Assembly (NCBI GenBank): GCA_038321865.1
Contig: JBBQFH010000004.1
Coordinates: 69,522-133,521, forward strand
Reading direction: 5' to 3'
DNA length: 64,000 nucleotides
From: Gemmatimonadales bacterium
GTDB lineage: Bacteria; Gemmatimonadota; Gemmatimonadetes; Gemmatimonadales; GWC2-71-9
The position numbers and the translations under genes are program-made. Below, piece by piece: positions 60,648 to 64,000 of this stretch. Position 1 is the stretch's first letter. Each line of letters begins with the position of its first letter. The notes beneath the pieces are model-generated. The model saw only the letters and a program-made list of their open reading frames with translations, was not told where the DNA came from and made no database searches.

Positions 60648-60648
<1 letters not shown>
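59740..60648 (+). CDS. gnd: 6-phosphogluconate dehydrogenase, decarboxylating (short form)
   Basis: [44 protein letters not shown]. Confidence 0.95.
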
Positions 60649-62083
<1,435 letters not shown>

Positions 62084-62099
<16 letters not shown>

Positions 62100-62818
62100 C
62101 CGCCGAGGTCGTCGCGGCGCCCGACCTCGACGCGCTGAGCCGGCTCGTCGCGGAGCGCGTGGCGGCGACCGTGACCGCCGCTGTCGCGACCCAGGGGCGC
62201 TGTACGGTGGCGCTTTCCGGCGGTCAGACCCCCCTTCATTTGTATCGCCTGCTGGCGGGCGAATACCGGCACACCGCCCCGTGGAACCGTGTGGAGTGGT
62301 TCTGGGGTGATGAGCGCTGCGTCCCCCCCGTGCATCCGGAAAGCAATTACGCTGCGGCGTGGGCCGCGCTGCTCGGGCCCCTGCGAGTCTCGTCCGGCAT
62401 GGTGCACCGCATCGCCGGCGAGCAGGAGCCGGCGGTGGCCGCCGCGGCGTACGATCTCGTCCTGCGCGACCGCCTCACCGGCGGCCGCTTCGATCTCGTC
62501 CTGCTCGGCACCGGCACCGATGGGCACACCGCGTCGCTCTTTCCGGGCTCCGCGGCGCTCGATGAGCGGGAGCGTTGGGCCGTCGCGGTCACCGGCGGCG
62601 CCGACTTGGCCGTGCGCCAGCGGGTGACGCTCACCCTCCCGGTGCTCGATCGGGCGCGGGCCGTGTTCATCCTCGTTGCGGGTGGCGACAAGCGCGCGGT
62701 CCTGCGCCGGGTCTTCGAGGGCCACGCGACCGATCCCGTCGCGCGCGTGCACCCCGAGGGCGCGCTCGTCTGGTTCGTGGATGCCGAGGCCGACCCGCGG
62801 TTGGCCGGCGCGGGGTGA
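62084..62818 (+). CDS. pgl: 6-phosphogluconolactonase
   Basis: [35 protein letters not shown]; likely GTG start overlapping the zwf end. Confidence 0.9.
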
Positions 62819-62889
62819 CTGGGGTACAATTCGCTGTTCCCCGCTCCCGGGCTCGCCCCGGCCTCTCTCTTTCCTCCGCAGCAGCGATC

Positions 62890-64000
<1,111 letters not shown>

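Overview
GC-rich bacterial chromosomal segment, densely coding (about 45 CDS), with no rRNA, tRNA, CRISPR array or transposase recognisable. The gene repertoire suggests a diderm FCB-group organism outside Bacteroidota, probably Gemmatimonadota; this is inference. Left to right: ECF sigma factor (one-base frameshift) with zinc anti-sigma and DUF92; V4R protein and M24 peptidase; an 11.7 kb outer-membrane cassette (TonB-dependent receptor, 1335-aa secreted protein with a T9SS-like C-terminal domain, PorV/PorQ-family barrel, GWxTD protein, Ig/PPC lipoprotein); MsbA-like ABC exporter; CtaA-CtaB fusion; APC permease; second TonB-dependent receptor; lptFG divergent from a SprA-like T9SS translocon, which is followed by a glutaminyl-cyclase-like M28 lipoprotein, comEA and pilB-pilT-pilC; a XoxF-like PQQ dehydrogenase with cytochrome c; two multicopper oxidases, SulP, amidohydrolase, lplA, Fpg-family glycosylase and a hybrid kinase; then pgm, an M28 peptidase, rpiB-HAD-gnd-zwf-pgl and a partial icd. 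The two most notable signals are (1) an apparent minimal T9SS-like module (SprA, a dedicated PorV and a CTD cargo coupled to a TonB receptor with no SusD) and (2) Gln at +1 after the predicted signal peptidase I site in 8 exported proteins (the Bacteroidota 'Q-rule'), with a candidate glutaminyl cyclase encoded directly after sprA. All assignments come from motif reading by eye; no database searches were run.
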